NCBI GenBank assembly: GCA_965649825.1
Contig: OZ287711.1
Location: 416,781-480,780, forward strand
Direction of reading: 5' to 3'
DNA: 64,000 nucleotides
From: Penicillus capitatus
Lineage: Eukaryota; Plantae; Chlorophyta
Below, one piece after another: positions 38,252 through 50,229 of this stretch. Numbering within the stretch: position 1 is the first letter of the stretch; each line of letters opens with the position of its first letter. The notes beneath the pieces were generated by a model. The model had not been told where the DNA came from. It ran no database searches and worked only from the letters and a program-made list of their open reading frames with translations. The position numbers were made by a program, and so were the translations under genes.

Positions 38252-39546
38252 CTTCGACGCGCAACTCAGGAAGAATGTCGCTCGTTGCCTTTCCTGAACG
38301 CGATTCCAAATGGCGAATGGATTTTCGATCGAGGCCATCGCTTTTATGGGGACCAGGGCATAGCTTATATGGCTCATGAAAGCTGTGACACGTGTCACAG
38401 CCCCGCGGCATCCATGCGTCGATGCTTTACTAAGCGCTCAAGCGAAACTGTACTTCGCAACGAGGTAGCGTATCGTCTGAGAGTCGTCGACCTCTTGGTG
38501 TCTATCCAGATCGAATCCGATTCTCTAACCGAACACGCGTCATGTTGACATAGACAGGACGCGTCCTTTGTTTTCACGCAGAGTTCACGTTCTATGGCCG
38601 AATGCACCTTCGACATCGTTTTCTCCGGACAGGTAGCTTCAAGCGTCTGAGGTTCTGCGCTCCTTGCTAGACAGGTGTCCTGGAGCGTTTGCGTTTTTGC
38701 GTTCCACGAACTTCGTCGTTTTCTTCGGTCTTCATGAAAGAGACGGGCGAACTTTGGTATATTGTCTTCTATCGTCGCGCATTCCGCGCGTCACTCGACT
38801 TAGCGCTTCTCCATAGATCGCCTAGAAATACGATTTCGTTGCTTCTATATGCTTAACGCATCGTTTGCCGTAGATTGGGTCGGCAGCGTTTTACCGTCTA
38901 CGAGGCGAACTGGCGATAGCACTGCTAACGAAGTGCAACGGCTCGTGGGTTTCCCTGCATTTCTCATTGAACTGCGCGAGGCAACGTCGCTAACGGCAAG
39001 AAAGAATCTGTCGTCGTCGAAAGTTCCTGTGCTCAGCCAGAAGACATTCGTTGTCTAAACACTCGGTTTATAGATGCGCCGAGAGACAGACGAGGGGAGA
39101 ACTTATATAACCAGCGGGTGACTCTAGGAGTTTCATTCCCGCATGGTTTACGAAAGCATGCCTGGCGTGAGGCGACAGCGACTGCCGTTTTCGCGATGCC
39201 TAAAAACGCGCTTGCGAAAACGTTATATGCGCAGTGCAGCTTTACAGCACGCAATTGTCGACAGATATTCTTTTTCGAAGGAGAGCGGCCGTTCGCTTTA
39301 TATGACAGGACAGAACATACGATGACGCTATTGAGTTGGTTCGATCGATTGCAAAGTATTGACCGATGCGGTTGTTTGCTGCGGATCGACGTATGCATAC
39401 CGGAGTCCTAACCTTGAACCCCATCTCCGCTCCAGTTCGAGAAGAACGCAAAGAGTGCGCAGATGTGAGGGAATCGGGGATTGCGGCTTTAAATCTCATA
39501 GAGGAAGTGTGTGTTTATAAAACAATGATTCTGAAAGACAACGCTT

Positions 39547-41422
39547 TTACCATCGAAGGCAAGGAAAAGCTTTCGTCAATGCCGAGTAAGTATTGTCATC
39601 AACGGAGCCTCGTATACCGCGACCTAATTTTCTGAGCTTGGGCAAACTCCCATGCGGCAGTCCAACTTCACTGTCGACCAGCAACTTGGATGGAAACGGA
39701 ATAATAAGCTCCCTCAGATCTGAGAGCAGGCACAACTGCTGGAGGAAGAGTTTTTGGTCGACTCCCTCTGGCTCGACATCATCAAAGCACAGCTTCGTCA
39801 AGCCGGTCAAAGCCACAAAAGCGTCGAGAAACGGGCGATCCAGACGGACATTCCGCAATGATAGTGTCTTCAACTGCCCAAGTTCGTTGAAGAAATGGAT
39901 TGGTGTCATACCATCCGAATGAAATAAATACATCTCTTCGTAACTATCCAGTTGCAGTGACGTGAGTTTGGTCAAGCCGACCAGCTCCTCGGACAGGCCT
40001 TCCGGAAAAGAGTGTCCTGAGGAAAGATTGAGATCGACGATTCCCTTCGGGAGGCGCAGAGGTCGGTCTCTGCGCACGTAAGGCAAACACAGCCGCGTGA
40101 GCTGCGTCAATACTGAGAGGCGTTCCGTGATCTCCGATGACATATCCGGATTGGCATATTCATAGCCAAGCACAAGGGATCTGAGACGTGTGAGTGAGTG
40201 CATGCTTTCTGAGAAACCTTGCGCGTCTGTTTTGGATGCGAAAACAAAATCCAGACTCGTCAGCTGGCCCATCTGCTGCAGTGCCATGAAGAAGCTCGCA
40301 TCTCGATCGTAGCAACTGTAAATTTTAAGGCTCGACAGATGCAAGAACGACCTCCACGGGGACGGCCCTGGCAGAAGCCACTCTTCCAACGTCGCACGAA
40401 TACTAAGCGATTGCAGATTCTCAGCATAAGTCAGGATACTCTATCACAACACAGGTTAATTGACAGACAATTGAATGCAGCAGTTGGTAAACCTGCAGAT
40501 CTCGAACGTACGGCTTTGTGTCTTTGAACTCCCAGTCGTCATAGACACTGAGGCTGGTTAGTCCAGTCAACATGGGGAAGACAAGCTCGTTCCAATCGTT
40601 GGCCAGTAACTCAATAGCTGTATGCAGCTCACGGAGTCCCGTGACACAGCTGCTGGGAACCAAATCGTCTACGGAAGCACATTCATGACTGAGACGTAAC
40701 GATGTCAACTTCGTCAGATAACGCAGGTCATGAATGAAGTATTGCAATGTGTCTTCGTGACAGATGCATAACTCAAGAAATTCCAGATTCTGCATGGACG
40801 ACAAGCATGCGATCAGGTTTCGCATATCAATGGAATAGCCGGAGAAAAGTAGAGAAAGATCGTATAAATATTCGAATCGCTTCAACTGTGGGACCACGTG
40901 TGTTTCTATGACGTTCTCATTGTTAACCCAGCCTGACATGTACAGTGTTTGGGCCTTTGGGAACTTCTCTGCTGCCTCCTGCATGTTATGCAAAGATATT
41001 TTCTCTAACCGAACAGGCAGTTTCCCACAGGCGTCGCGCCACCGGCGACAGACGAGACGGCATTCGTGAAGGCCATCCTCAAGGACGTGCGAAAGCACTT
41101 TAAGCAAGAAGTGTTCCTGCTCGAGAAAGGCACTGAGCGAATCGCCCGCGCAAGGACCACTGGTCTCCGTATCCGTCGACGCATCGGAACTGCGACGCAG
41201 CACACAACTGTGAGCATTGGGCAACTGACTACCTTGGGGGCATACCTCATCTTGCAACGAACGGCGTTTCGCTGAAGAATGCGGAAACACGACGGTCTCT
41301 GGTCGGGCGATTTTCGTTTTAACGTTCTCGTCGACGTTGTCTAGCTTGAGGCGACGTACGTCAAATGTTCGCATTCGATGTGACATGACTTCTCGTGTTG
41401 TCCACGCGACATCAGATTTCAC
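39547..41422 (-). CDS. F-box-LRR protein (intron 40492-40441; start uncertain)
   Basis: FLEQEHFLLKVLSHVLEDGLHECRLVCRRWRDACGKLPV, 52-bp family intron. Most similar by eye to the 28966 copy (RLPKGIVDL, TPxHFF, PxGxLPKLR). Confidence 0.9.
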
Positions 41423-42743
41423 AATGGCGTCGTCTTCTGAGCACGGGTCCCAGATTCATCCTGCCGAGCGTCGACCTCTTTGAACTCCGCAAATACTCCT
41501 ATCTTTCTGCCACCATAAGCAGATGCCGTAGATAGATATCTTCGTTGGCTGCATACTTTGTACAGGAAAAACAGCAGTACGAGCGAAGCCCATTGAAGAG
41601 TAAGTTCAGGGATGGTCTCTTCATTCTTCAGACACCACACCCTGTGTATGCATCTTGCTGTCGGTATTCTATCGTCAGCAGAATCTGTTGAAAATGACTC
41701 AAATGCATGAACATGGGAACATACGCATTTAGCGATTTAACTTGCGCATGAAGACTCCATTCGCCGATACACCGATTATTCTCATGCACAAAGAGCCGTT
41801 GATCCGACAGAGTTAAGTGTACAGCTTCTGTGACAGATGGCATCGCCGACGGTTTTGTTGACAGTCGAACTTGTTTCGCTCTTTTGCGATGTCGTCATCT
41901 TTGATAGGGGCATTGCGAACAGCGTCGTCAATAGCAGACTGCAACTCAACATAGTGGATGCGAAGTCTATGGAGATTCGTCAAGATGTGATGGATGGAAG
42001 TTTAAGCATTCCATGAGGCAAGCGTACGATGAATGGCATTCCTTGTCGCGTTAGACGAATGACTTCAATGCGGCCGCAACGTCCACATCGCTGACGTGAC
42101 AGGTGTCATGAGCATCACTGTTTATCTCTTTTATTGACATGTGAAAGATTCTCTACTCGATCGTGTCTGTTTGCTACAACTGGATATTGTTCGTTTGCAT
42201 AGATGGCTTTGGATACGTTCGTTGCAAACACCTCTCTCCATTCGGACAGATCTGAGAATAGGGCTCATCGGAAAGCGGCAAGCAGCCTCTCTTCGTTCAT
42301 CCATAGGAATTGAAGAGGTCACGTTAAATGTGCGGATGCTTGACTAAAAATCTGCAAGCGGTTATTACCCGAACCACAATCCCGCGTCTGGAGTTTCACA
42401 CACCACAATCGGGAACGCGACGCGAGGTCGGTATTTAGAAAGCAAGCGCCGCAGAGTCGGTCGTTCTGCTCTGCTGCGATACGCGAGTTGCGTGAGCATT
42501 AGAGAAGGACGAATCGACGCATCCTTCGTGAGATTACAGATAGCTGACACGTGTTCCGATCTCAGACGAATTTGATTTGACCTTCTTTGAAACCTCGTAT
42601 CCTCCACCCACACAGTCTTGTCAAACAGCGCAGCGAACGCTTCACGGATTGCCTTTTCTCGGTGTTTCGGAGTTCTTCTCGTCGATTCTCTGCTTTGTCG
42701 AACAGAAAACGTCGACGACGTACGTCGTGGGAATTCGCACTCA

Positions 42744-43829
42744 ATGTCGTCTTTGCCGGACTCCAAGGCACCTCCCATGTTTCTCGTCGCCGGGAGAACG
42801 CGCATCGGAAAAGGCGAGTTCATTTCCACGACGAACCGCGTCCTTGGAGGGAGTCCTCTTTCGGGTATCGTTTCTGATAGCATGGTTTCGCATACGAAAG
42901 AGACACAGGGATATTCCATGCGTCTTGGTAACCGCAAGGTGGTGATGGTGGACACCGTCGGCTTCGACGACAGCAGCGGAACGAACATACCAGAAGAAAC
43001 GCTGTTCCGTTTCCTCGAGATAAGCAGAAAGGCCGATCTCTATCCGCCGCTGGTCATATTGCAGACGCTGTCTGCGCTGGAGAAAGACCTATTGCAGAAA
43101 ATGAGTGCCGTTTTCCCGACGATCGTGGTCGCTTTCCGTTCCGAATTCAAGTCCAGGCTCGACGAGGCCCGACTCGATATTGAGAGAGCGTGCGAGAAGA
43201 AACCGCTCGAGATCTTTCATTTACAAAGCTTTGTCTCCGAGGACCTTGACGGCGGGAGATCTCGTTAACTATACGATGACGCCGTCTCAGACATCGTCCG
43301 TTTCTACGAAACCTTGACGCCTTCCAGAGAGGAGCTGGATTTTTTGAGCCCCTTGTTTGCTGGAGAGTACCAGTGGACGCCATGTCCTAGAGAAATCAAA
43401 ATTGAAATGATCGAGGTCAGCCGCATCGAGACAAGGACCGAAACAAGGACAGTTCAAGTTCCGGAGACTGAAGTCAACGATGACGAAGCTAAGTTGCACG
43501 GAGCGATCGGCGGCACGGTGGCCGGCGCTGGTGCCCTCACGGCGTTGGCAGTTCCTCCAGTGGGACTCGCCGTTGTAACGTATGGCGCCTTGCATGCCGT
43601 CTTTGGGGCGATATTTGGAAGAAAAGAAGAGATCAGATATGTCGACGTGCAAAGAGAATTCGACGTAAACTTTACGGTTAGAGAAAAGATCCGCAGAACA
43701 TATGAGAGAGAAGTTCAGGAAGCGTGGAAAGTACTTGCCGGCGAGATCAAGGTTTTCAAGGGATATGAATACGGACCGTGGGAGATTGTTGACGATGAGG
43801 TGGTGGAACGCTCTGTTTCCAGAGACTAA
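42744..43829 (+). pseudogene. Second AIG1/septin-like GTPase with one in-frame TAA (43266-43268)
   Basis: GRTRIGKG, SHTKET, DTVG. The frame continues past the TAA as LYDDAVSDIVRFYETLTPS, matching paralog DYQDGVSTILSFYRTLTPS, through to the shared C-terminus. Confidence 0.85.
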
Positions 43830-45248
43830 TCTGTCTTGTATATGGTCGACCCCGCGGCTGATGATCGATGTCGTTGTCTGTTTTGCTTCTTCTGATGATG
43901 CGTCGAAGAAAGGGCTTTACCATTTCTGTGATTGGAGCTCGGGCGAACATTTCTTTGTTCGGAATGCGTGTTTTTTCGTCGACAAGAAATCGATGGCCGT
44001 CATGTATGTCTTCCCTAAGTGTTTGTACAAAGCAAGAGGCGTGTCACTAAGGAGAGGAAGACTGTCCAGCTGTTCACAATTCTCAGTGCAGCGAATGCTT
44101 TGCATTGGTCTATCTGTTACTGATCTCTTTCTCGACGCAGTCGCATCGTTGCTGATGTAAGCCACGTTCTTGGGGGATAAAGCAAAGAGTTAGAGCGGGC
44201 GTCTGTTCACGCAAGAGACATCTCTTAGAGACACGCGATTACGTACACACAGGCCTCGGAGAAGTCGTCCGATCACACTTGGCGTCGATCGAGAATCCGA
44301 GGTGACAGCCGCGATGTCTGTTGCATGTTGCGAAGCAAACGTGCCTCGAGTCGCAAAAAGGGATGCGAAAGAGCGCGAACTACAAATCCGAGTGATTTGG
44401 CGGAGAGATGCAGAGATTGATGAACATCGCAGGTGTTCTGAACAATGCTTGCTGACATCTTCCACCAAATCTAAAACGCGTTTGCTCGCGCGTCCTGCAT
44501 GTGCGACAGAGCCGCACAGCGAATCATTCAGCTGTGTTCTTTTGCCGTCGCAGTCATCAATGGTAAGCTGTGAATCTAACAAGAGATCAATCAACGTGAG
44601 TCAACGAATGGCTGAACAAACAGTTAGTAAAGGTGGCAGCGGTGAGAGGCTCTAATAGGGACAATATCGTTCCGTATAAGAACACCAATGAAACGTAGCG
44701 TTTGGAGTTTCACTCAACGGCCACGGCACTGAACTCTGTTAACTTGAGATTCATAGGTGAACTCAAAGAAGTTTCCAGTCCCACTGCGCACTCGCGTTTC
44801 GTGGCAGGATTGTGGCATTGATTCCCAAACTGACGTTCCTTCGAGGCATCTCGGCAAACAGATCAGTTGGGGGATTGAGTCCCGGGTCACACTCTCCCGA
44901 ACGTCTCTCTATACATACAGCGTGTTTTCTAGAATCCACATTCACTTCCCAGACAATGCTTGCCAATATGTCGGAGGTGATGCGCTCGACACCGGTCCTG
45001 GGGCAGGAGACCATGCACGTCACTGGCGTAGCCATAGAATCGCCGGGCGATGGCGATTCACTGCGCATTGGTGTGTCGTATGCAGTGCTTGACATCCGAC
45101 GTTTGATGTTTCGATCGAAGCGATAATCGAATCTACACCCGCTGCGGAAACTGCGCATAACTCCAACAAACGCGTCACGTACTAAGGTTGACTCGTCGTC
45201 CGTCTTTGCCTCGTCGAGAGTTCTCTTGTGCTTCTGCAGACTCCAGTC

Positions 45249-48200
45249 ATGTCATCCAGCGAGATACAAGCCGAGCCCAGTATCGGCAGCGCGGATGGCC
45301 ATGAAGACGGTAGCGGTCCGGAAGCGCAGCCAGCAAGACAGAGCGATGACATTTCAGACGAGAAGAAGCTAAGGGCTCTCATGCGACAGAAGGGCGTCGA
45401 CTCCACGACAGCTCTCGTCCGAATATACAATGGTTCGCTGGCGGCCGAAGCAGAAAGACTCCTTCAGCAATGTCTTCGCATCTACATCGAAACGAAAGAG
45501 AAGCACGCTAATGACGACACCGTCATGGAATTCGTGGAGCTCTGCAAGATGAAGCCACGGACGGAAGACGACAAGAAGCTGCTCCGAGAGGTGGTCTCCT
45601 TTCTCACTGATCGAATTCCAGAAAGAGAGTTCGCCGCCAAAAGCGTCGCAGAGGCGTTGTACAGGTCGTTGCTCTGGACACCTCCTGCAGTTCTCCAGGA
45701 AAACTTAACAGGACTCACAGCACTGGCGGATAGGCTTATGGACAGCCTATGTCCGACTCCAAGGCTGACAGAGGAGAACTTCCTTGAACACGAGGCCATA
45801 TTTATGGCACTGCACGAAGTCTTCGTGCTCATGCAGAGGGCAACGAGTAAGAAGGTGACGGTGGAGGAGAAGAAGAGGTTCCAGTCGAGCCTCAGGGCGA
45901 AACGCTCATCGTTGGGAAACTCGTGTGAGTACTATCCCGTCCGGTACTACTTCAGACTCATCGAACAGAGCATTCAGCTTCCGAAGCTTGACGAAGAGCC
46001 TTGTATCACTCAGAAGACCATCCAATGTTTGTACATCATCACCTGCGGATTCCTGTACATCTCTTACGCAAAGAGACAGAGAGTAAAACTGGATATCGAT
46101 CCAGACATGCTGAGAGAGCTACCTGAAAAGTTGAACGAACTAGTTGACGATATCGAGCTTGCCGAACGCCAATGGTATGATCTGCTTCAGGCTCTTTGCG
46201 TAGCAGGCAGGAAGACTATCGAGGATCCCCAGAAGCTTCCGATTTTCGAGGAGAGCTACAAGACCGTGGAAGAATCTGTCTGGAAGATGCGACTCAATGA
46301 AGACGGCAAGGCGTTGCTCTTTGGACTCATGCAGGAGCTCCGTCATCTCGCGTTAGCTCAATGCTCTGCTGAAGTCCGCGCGTCAGGATCATCGAAGCTC
46401 TTTGCTCTGGCGGCTGCCGTTTCGAAAAGCACGTGGGCCAGAGACAAAAACATTGTGGAAGCGCTGCTCTGCTGTCTTCATGCCATTCATTCGAGAGGCA
46501 GCGATGCTGCAGCGGCGTTGAGATCGTCACAACAACTCAAGAATTCCGTCAAGTTGAAGTCAGTCAAGAAAGTTGTGAAACAATGGATGGGCGACAAACT
46601 TGATGAGAAGCTCCGCGAACCTGTGCATGCGTCTTCGGAACCTACCGGAGATCTCTTCACTGCGATCGGTCGAGAGTTCAACCACATACCATTGAAGGAA
46701 GCGCAAGACAACGTCGAACTGTTGAAGAGTCGGTACCGAAGCGACGCGTTCGCCACAGTAAGGCTTTACTTTCATCATGTTTTTCTGTTCACCGAGAGCC
46801 TGTGCATTGAAGGTGCCTTCTCTGTTCGACAGTACGTCACGTCTGCATGTGAAGGAAATGGAGCATCATATTGTTTTCTACCAGATCGTGGAGGACAAGA
46901 AGGAATCATCGAAACAGTCAGATTCGCATCAGAGCAGAGACGACCAGTCCACTGGACGGAGAGTTGCGAAGCCCATCGCGTTGAAGGACCTCTTCAAGAA
47001 GAGAGTCGTGCAGGAGAATCGTCCTGCTCAGGATATCCGAACGATTTTGTTTCATGGGATGCCGGGATCAGGGAAGACATGCATCAGCAAGCTCATCGGG
47101 TATATGTGGGCAACGGATCAGATGTTCGGAGAATTCAAAGCCGTGTACGTCCTACCGGCTAGAGAGCTCAACAATAAGGAAGTCATCGAAGACACGTACG
47201 AAGAGTTTCTGGCGTTCATTCTCAGACAGTGTTTCCCAAGAGGACGTGCGTCCGATAAAGGGCTGTGCGCACAAGTGGATGATCACCTGGATCTCCAGAC
47301 GACGCTGCTCGTCATCGATGGCTGGGATGAAGTAGACGAGAAAGCCGAAGCCATTCTGAATGAAGCAAAGCGCAGACATTGCAGAGTCCTCTGGCTCATG
47401 CTTCCGTACGATCTCCATTCAATGCGTGAACTCACCGATCTCAAAGTGGAGTGCCTGGGATTCAGCGATGAACAAGTCGACAGGTATGTGAAGAAAGAGA
47501 TGACTACCAGACACGAGAGAACGGAAGCAGAGGCTCAAAGTCTGATGGATGATCTGAGAGGAACGGATTCGCTGTGGGAAGTAGCGCATATCCCAGAGAT
47601 GACCTACATCCTGTGCTTCCTCTGGGTAGAGGGTGTGTGCCTCAGTCAGCGGAGTCCGGCTGCAATGTACTGCGATATGGCGAACCACATCTGGAATCGC
47701 TTCGTACAGAAAATGGGATTCCGTACTGGGAAACCCAAGCGTAAAGAGGTCTTCGAGGCGCTTGAGGTCATTGCGTTCGATGCGCTGCGCAAAGACCACA
47801 TCCTTATTGGAATGAGCTTCGTCAACGAACGAGTCTTCCATCTGGGAGTCAAAGAGGTGTTAATCCATAGTGGATTCCTACTGTTCTATAGGGTAGGCCT
47901 CGACTACAAATTTCCACATCTGACTTTCCAGGAGTACTTTGCCGAGAGGTGGGTGGCGAAAAACTTAAAGAATCTCGATTCACCAAACGGCAAGACAGCC
48001 GTCAACTGTTTGCGAGAAGAGAAGTACCTGAACAGATATAAGAGAACGTTGCAGTTCCTGGCACAGCACATGGCAGAAGAAGAACAAGGTGACCTCCCCG
48101 AGCTGCTGTCATTCTTTGACGACGGACCGATCGAGATCATCGGTCTGCAGCATTTTCTCCTGAAGCTGCACATCATCGAAGCTTGGCTGACTGGGCTGGA

Positions 48201-50229
48201 AAATGCCGAATCAAAGAAAGACTGCTGCGAGCGCGATGATGATGTCGCTTTGCTCATCAAGGCTGCCGTTTCACTGATCAGAGACACAGATGTGAAGCAT
48301 CGAGAGTTTCGCGAGATCCTGGGACACATGCTTCAGCAATGTCCCTTACTGTTCTCCGCTGTGCCCGAGATCCTCGATCAGCTGACAGAAACGACAACGG
48401 TCAAGAAAGCACTGAGATACGATGTATTCGGAGACGTCGTCATCATTACCAAGAGATCTGACAAACACTTGACGATTTTGATGAAACTGGCGCAGCACAA
48501 CATTCAGAGTTCGGATCTCGAGACGCGTGATGTCGGGATACAGATGATGCGAAAGCTGCTGGACTTTGTGCCCGATCTCTTCCAGAGATTCACGCCGTTG
48601 TTTACCGAGATGTTCAAGGACGATCGGCCCGTCGTTCAGGATACGGCACTGCAAGCCGTGATCAGTCTCCTGACAGACAAGCGCGAACTGTTTCCTGTCG
48701 TGCTGCCGATGATCCAGGAAGCGATCGGCAGTCTAAAGAGCTCTGCACGACGGGCGGCGCTGGAAGTGATCGGCAGTCTGTCATCGGTGACAGATGACGA
48801 GTTCGAGTCTATCTTGCAGATGATCATCGGCGGCGGCAGCGATGAAGACGAAGAAGTCTGTCGAACGGCAGTGCAGGTTATGAGGCACTTCGTATCCGAG
48901 AAGACATCCCAAGCGCCCGATTTCATTCCAGTGCTCGAGCGTCTTCTTTCTGGAGAAAATGAAAAGGTTCGACAGGAAACGGTCAAGACGATGGAGTACA
49001 TGGCCAAGAAAGCTCCAGACGTGCAGCAGGGGCTTCTGGATATCATAAACGAGACTTACGAGAACGGAACGGCCGGTGTTCGGCGAGATACGGCAGCAAT
49101 GGCTGGACGTCTGGCTGCTGATTTACCGGAGATTCAGGAGTTCTTGTTGCCGATGATTGAGAAAGTCTGTTACGACAGGTCCGCCGCCGTCCGTTTAGCA
49201 GGAATGGGGACAATTAAGCGTCTGATGGTCAGATCCTCGGAGGAAAGGAACGAAATGTGGCACCATTGGGCGACGGTGGGATTCCTGGATAAAAACAGAT
49301 CCGTTCGCCGAGCGGCCGCTGAAGCCATCAGTTGTCTTGCCTCAGTTCCTCACCTCTGGAAACACAACCTGATGCTGTTGCGAAGAGCCCGCTTTTTTGA
49401 CGACGTCCACGTGCGTCTGTGGACGGTCGATGCACTGGGTCGACTCTCTTCTGCTGCACCTCACATTTCAAAAGACGTTCTTGCGCTGTTAGAAAAGACG
49501 TGCTCGGACTGGAGCGTCCACGTGCGGCAGTGGTCGATGGAAGCTGTCGGACATCTGGCCTCCGCTGCGCCAGAGCTCGCGTCTGATCTGCTGTCGTTGG
49601 TAAACATGGGGTGTATGGATGAAGACGAGCACGTGCGTTTGTGGGCCTTGAAGGCAGTCAGCAGATTGGCAACAGCTGCACCAGAGTTTGCAGACGATCT
49701 TCTGCCGCTACTCAGGAATGTCTATCAAAGCGACGACACTCATATGCTGAACAGGGCAGCCGAGGCGCTGAGAGACTTCACGACGGCGGCTCCGCATCTA
49801 TCTGCCCAAATCCCGACAAGAGTTGAGAGCGAAGAGGACAGTGACGCACCGTCATCGACTGGGCTGGCACCCGTTTCGCAAGGAGCGATTATCGATGACT
49901 TCGAAGACGTACTGAAAAAGGCCATCGAAACGAAGAACACGGAAACTCGCGAGCGAGCCGCATTTGGACTTTTGCATGATGCCGTCACCGTGGAGAATAC
50001 ACCACAGGAAGGAATCGTCAGAGTTCTCCTTCATACGACTGCCATCAGAGAAGTGGGCGAGTATCCGTCCAAGGAGATAGAGAAATTCAGGTCTGAGATC
50101 AGAGAAACGATCGAGAGTTCTTGCGGCGGTTTGATGGAAGTGTTAGACAAGGTGGCGATAAAGCCAGATAGGACGGCGTCGACAGACAAAGTCAAGTGCC
50201 AACCAACACACACGCTGCATTCTCGATGA
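45249..50229 (+). CDS. NACHT (STAND) NTPase with N-terminal helical domain and C-terminal HEAT repeats, NLR-like, about 1641 aa (exons 45249-46757, 46813-50229)
   Basis: Walker A GMPGSGKT, Walker B LLVIDGWDE, winged-helix FPHLTFQEYFA, HEAT repeats (VRxxAxxxL). 55-bp GTAAGG..GAAG intron conserved in the paralog. Confidence 0.93.
49399..49842 (+). repeat. Four tandem 111-bp (37-aa) HEAT repeats inside the NACHT gene
   Basis: His codons at 49408, 49519, 49630 and 49741 are exactly 111 bp apart. Units: HVRLWTVDALGRLSSAAP / HVRQWSMEAVGHLASAAP / HVRLWALKAVSRLATAAP / HMLNRAAEALRDFTTAAP. Confidence 0.92.

Noticed and set aside
43266-43268. Alternative nuclear code (TAA/TAG = Gln, as in some ulvophytes)
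   Set aside because: Many genes end in TGA, but long Gln-rich frames such as the 1138-codon NACHT exon contain no TAA or TAG. This stop aligns with Cys in the paralog, and the retroelement TAG replaces the Tyr of YADD.
43265-43291. 27-bp GT-AG intron removing the GTPase stop
   Set aside because: It is far below the observed intron sizes and would delete residues (YDDAVS) conserved with the paralog (YQDGVS).
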